The notes beneath the pieces were generated by a model. The model was not told the origin of the DNA. It saw only the letters and a list, made by a program, of their open reading frames with translations, and did not search any database. This document shows positions 60,501-64,000 of a stretch of DNA of 64,000 bases, one piece after another. Position 1 is the first letter of the stretch. The number at the start of each line of letters is the position of its first letter. The position numbers and the translations under genes were made by a program. Origin of the DNA: Catajapyx aquilonaris (lineage: Eukaryota); contig JYFJ02001747.1 in NCBI GenBank assembly GCA_000934665.2, positions 1 to 64,000 of the forward strand. Direction: 5' to 3'.

Positions 60501-63500
60501 GGAGAGAGAAAAAGAAAAGGACAAGATCATATCACACTTGACTACCCCCACCTTATCTCCCCTGATCATCTGGAATTGCCAGTTTTTTTTTCATTCGATT
60601 CGCCCCCTCTCCCACCCCCCAGCTTCTGCCCTCCCTTGTGTGTATACCCTGCGGTAGCATCAAGATTTGGCTTCTTCCTCCTTTTCCCCGGGTTTTGGGT
60701 CCCCGCCCTGAAGTGGCCCAAACCTGCTGGCCCAGGTAGGCAGGCATTCCAGGAGTTGAGGCTGCTGGCTGTTCAGCCAAGAGTGGATTCGAGCCAGTAT
60801 GACCAAACTGCGTCATGAGAACAAATCATTTCCTATTAGTCCGGCCGCAGTTTAAGGAGACAGGGCGTGGGCAGGAAGAAAGTTTCATTAATTAACCCCC
60901 ATCTGAGAGAGCACCATTCCCCTCTAAGCAGGCCATCGGTAAAGGGCAGACCTGGAGGCCTGTTCTCAATGGGCAGACCGATTAATATAACACCACCACC
61001 AACCACCACAGGCTTTATGTGTGTACTCCAGAAAGCTCGTAATGCTTGCTGGCAGGTGTTGGCCATTTATCACCTCTGATTGCATCTACGTGACTCTGCA
61101 AATGCCGTATGGGAAGTGTCCTCCGACAGTGTTGCTCTCTCATTAGCCCACATTTTTTGAACAATGGGGATTCGGACACGATTTTGCGCGTGTGTAACCA
61201 GGTTTACGAAATTGCTTTTTGATAGCTGAGGAAACTGGCAATGTTTCGCCTTACATTTTGTAACATTCCAATCAGCTGCTACACAGGATCTTATCTGTTG
61301 GAAGAACTTAAGTGAGTAACGTATGCAAATGCAGGAAATGTTATGATTGGATTATCATAATGTAGCAGGAGGACATGAGAACTAATGGTTATACCACAGG
61401 TTAGCCGGTAAGCGGTAGATTTCAAAGACACGAATTATTTCAAGTTTTTCTGCCTACATGTCCTGGAAGATTTGCACTCTCTTGCCAGCCCAGGGCCATA
61501 GATGGTCAGATTACAAGCGGATGTAATTGTGTCCGAAATGACTCCGATTATTATCGACTCAAAATAAAAATTCGTTCAGTGACGAATAGTCTGCTAGATT
61601 TAATACGTGACTATATGGCTAGCTTACAATTGCATGCTTATTGTGAACTGTGTGTTGGAATAACAGTTGGGCTGTGCATCTTCCACGGAACATGTTGCTT
61701 GCCAACTTCCCAAGTCAACGCACAGCAGTGACCAAGCCCATGTAACAGGCAATGTGCTTGGCAAGGTCAGAAAAATAGGCTATTATCATGGGCACTCCCA
61801 ATATCCGTAACCGATCGTTATAAGCCCAGTTTAAGTCGCACTTAATAGGCGATCCGGCCTTTGAGAAAACAATTGTTAAGCCCCTCCTGAAACCCGTTCT
61901 CTCCAGCATTCAGGAGCCATGTGCACACAGTCCGGATGCAAATTTGAATCAATTCCCTGGTTGTGTAATAAGTGAAATGGAGGTTATCACCGGTTCGATC
62001 AATCCCGTGCTGAGCAATTAGGCGCGATTACGACCCGCCAGCAAATACGGGGCCAGCCAAAGTGCTTGTTGAAGATAACCATCTCCGTTCACCGCACAAT
62101 CTGCAGGGTATATGCTACCCCCACACCAAATTTTTGGCTTCAAGAATTAGCCTACTTCTACCCTCAAGGCGCGGTTTCACAAACAGTTCGCTTCTGGCAT
62201 GAAGAAAATTAAGTTTCATTTTTTTTAAACATTTTGGAAGACGCGATATAAATTAGCAGCCTCCGACCCTTCTCGCCCAATTTGAGCAACCTTCACAATT
62301 TGCCCATTTGGGTCAGGCCATAATGAGTGTGGCAGCCAGGAAAGAGAAGGCCTTGCCCTAGGGTGTTTCATATGAGCTTTCTCCTCAATCATGTTCCCTC
62401 CTTTTCTTTCTCACCCAAATGTTAGATATATGAGGCATCGATTACATCGGAAGTGATAGGCACTGATTAGGTCGATGGGTGGGAGGCTGTTTTTTTTCGC
62501 TTGGCCAATTTCTCTCTCATGCAGCATGCTAATGGTTATCCCTGGCATGAAACACTTCGTGCCAGCAGATTGATTATCAGAAACTGAGGGGAAGTTCTGC
62601 TTCGTTATTAATAAAGTTCGAAGGGGGAACTGATCAACTATTCGTGTGCTCTACTGTGTTACCTACTATCGTATAGAATCGTGCGAGCTTGATGAAATAA
62701 AGCTTGCGTAATATTTCCCGAACACACAAATGCTTATGCACTTAAATTTTCAACCAAAGGTCTCAAAAATTTTCGCCCACTTTCATGCGGTTAATAAGGA
62801 CGTGATACTTCTGCCCTACCAGAAATTATCCCGTCATGAAACGCAATTTACAAGCAAATTCCAGTAATCAAGCAGTCGTATGAATCAAACGTTTCCATAC
62901 CATCAATCTTTGAAAAACTTTTATCCCGATTAAAACTGACTCACCTTATCTGAAATCAGTCCAGGTCGTGATTTACTAATAGCCCTTTTCTACTGAAAAT
63001 AATAATGGAGGTGCGATTAGCCATCTTTTCAGACCAAGGTTGCTTAGTCGAAATCAATCTCATAACCTGGGGGCCAGCAGCAGCCCTCCTTCGTTTGAAA
63101 TTCAGGAAAAGTGGTGTACACAAAGCGATGACAGTGACATATCAACTGTGGAGAAGGGGTTTGCAGCAGAGGAAGACAAGATGGAAAAGATTCGGTCCAT
63201 CGCGCATAACAAGGCGGCGCCAAAGTAAAGCCAGACACTCCAGTTGGAGACATGAAGGGACCTCCCTGGCACAGTAGCGATGCCTTCTGAATACATAAGT
63301 TGCACACATTGCATGGATTTAGGTGGGTGTGTGTATGGGGGGTGGAGGTGGAGGCCTCTCATCAGCCTATATCAAGGAGGCGGTCACCTTTAGCGGCTGT
63401 CTGATCAAGTTCATATTATTCGTCTGGACATGCATAGAGACGCTATCTCTACGAACGAGTCCACGAAGATTTTTACATGGACTTACTACCGTGGACTGGA

Positions 63501-64000
63501 CCGTTTTTTCCCCCCAGATGGCTAATTGGAGGCTACATGTGTAGATTAGCTTATAGGTCTGAGACTGGATATCGGTTACATATATCTAATGCGAAAGATG
63601 TTGAGCTTGGCAGAGGTCGGGGAGGGAAAGAGAGAGATACAAGGTTGTGTAGCCTTTATCTCTCATCGTGTGACGGCTTAGCAGCTGCAGGAAATCTCGA
63701 GGACCTGACGGGAAGAAGTAGTGAACATGGCGTACAGTATTTCTTATTGCCACGGACATAACGTTATATGCAAAGTCCTACTTTGCAACTGTCGTGTTCT
63801 TTAACACTAGTGATTGCGGGGATTTATGCTGTGGACATGAAACTTCAATGTAAAATCGTTTTTTAAATCGTCAATTAAATCTTAATGTCGCTTTTACGAG
63901 GTTAGAATACATAATTGAATTTAGTATAGTCGCTTATTTATAGCCCCGTATATTTTTAGTGAAATCAGCATTTTTGGATGGACTAAAACTTTCCAAGCAA

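Noticed and set aside
63005..63761. Cluster of short ORFs near the window end
   Set aside because: No homology recognised, no consistent exon structure, and lengths expected by chance.

Overview
Eukaryotic genomic DNA, most likely insect/arthropod, with compact GT-AG introns; there are no prokaryotic features. The left two-thirds is a dense gene block. In order: the 3' exons of a spliced hAT/ZBED-type transposase-like gene (+); BBS1 (-) head-to-head with MOB4/phocein (+); an Alba-domain RPP25/RPP25L gene (-) head-to-head with TRRAP/Nipped-A (+, 30 coding exons, 13273-33846); and a NACHT-WD40 NWD1/NWD2-like gene (+, 35463-44425). A paraxis/scleraxis-class bHLH gene (+, about 52111-54582) follows, flanked by gene-poor DNA. 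Introns and spacers carry tRNA-derived SINEs with intact target-site duplications (TSDs) and MITEs of Tc1/mariner-pogo, PIF/Harbinger and hAT type. The most notable unannotated signals are: (1) a box C/D RNA in a TRRAP intron whose D-guide is complementary to U2 snRNA and predicts methylation of U47/U48 (an mgU2-47/SCARNA28-like scaRNA); (2) a frame-preserving 24-nt microexon in the NWD gene that would insert an RKKRR NLS-like motif; (3) coding-like antisense segments and an alternative C-terminus inside NWD introns; (4) three uORFs and a GC-AG intron in TRRAP; (5) a 3' stem-loop shared by otherwise different SINE families. Exon structures were assembled by eye from splice consensus and recalled protein homology; no database search was run.
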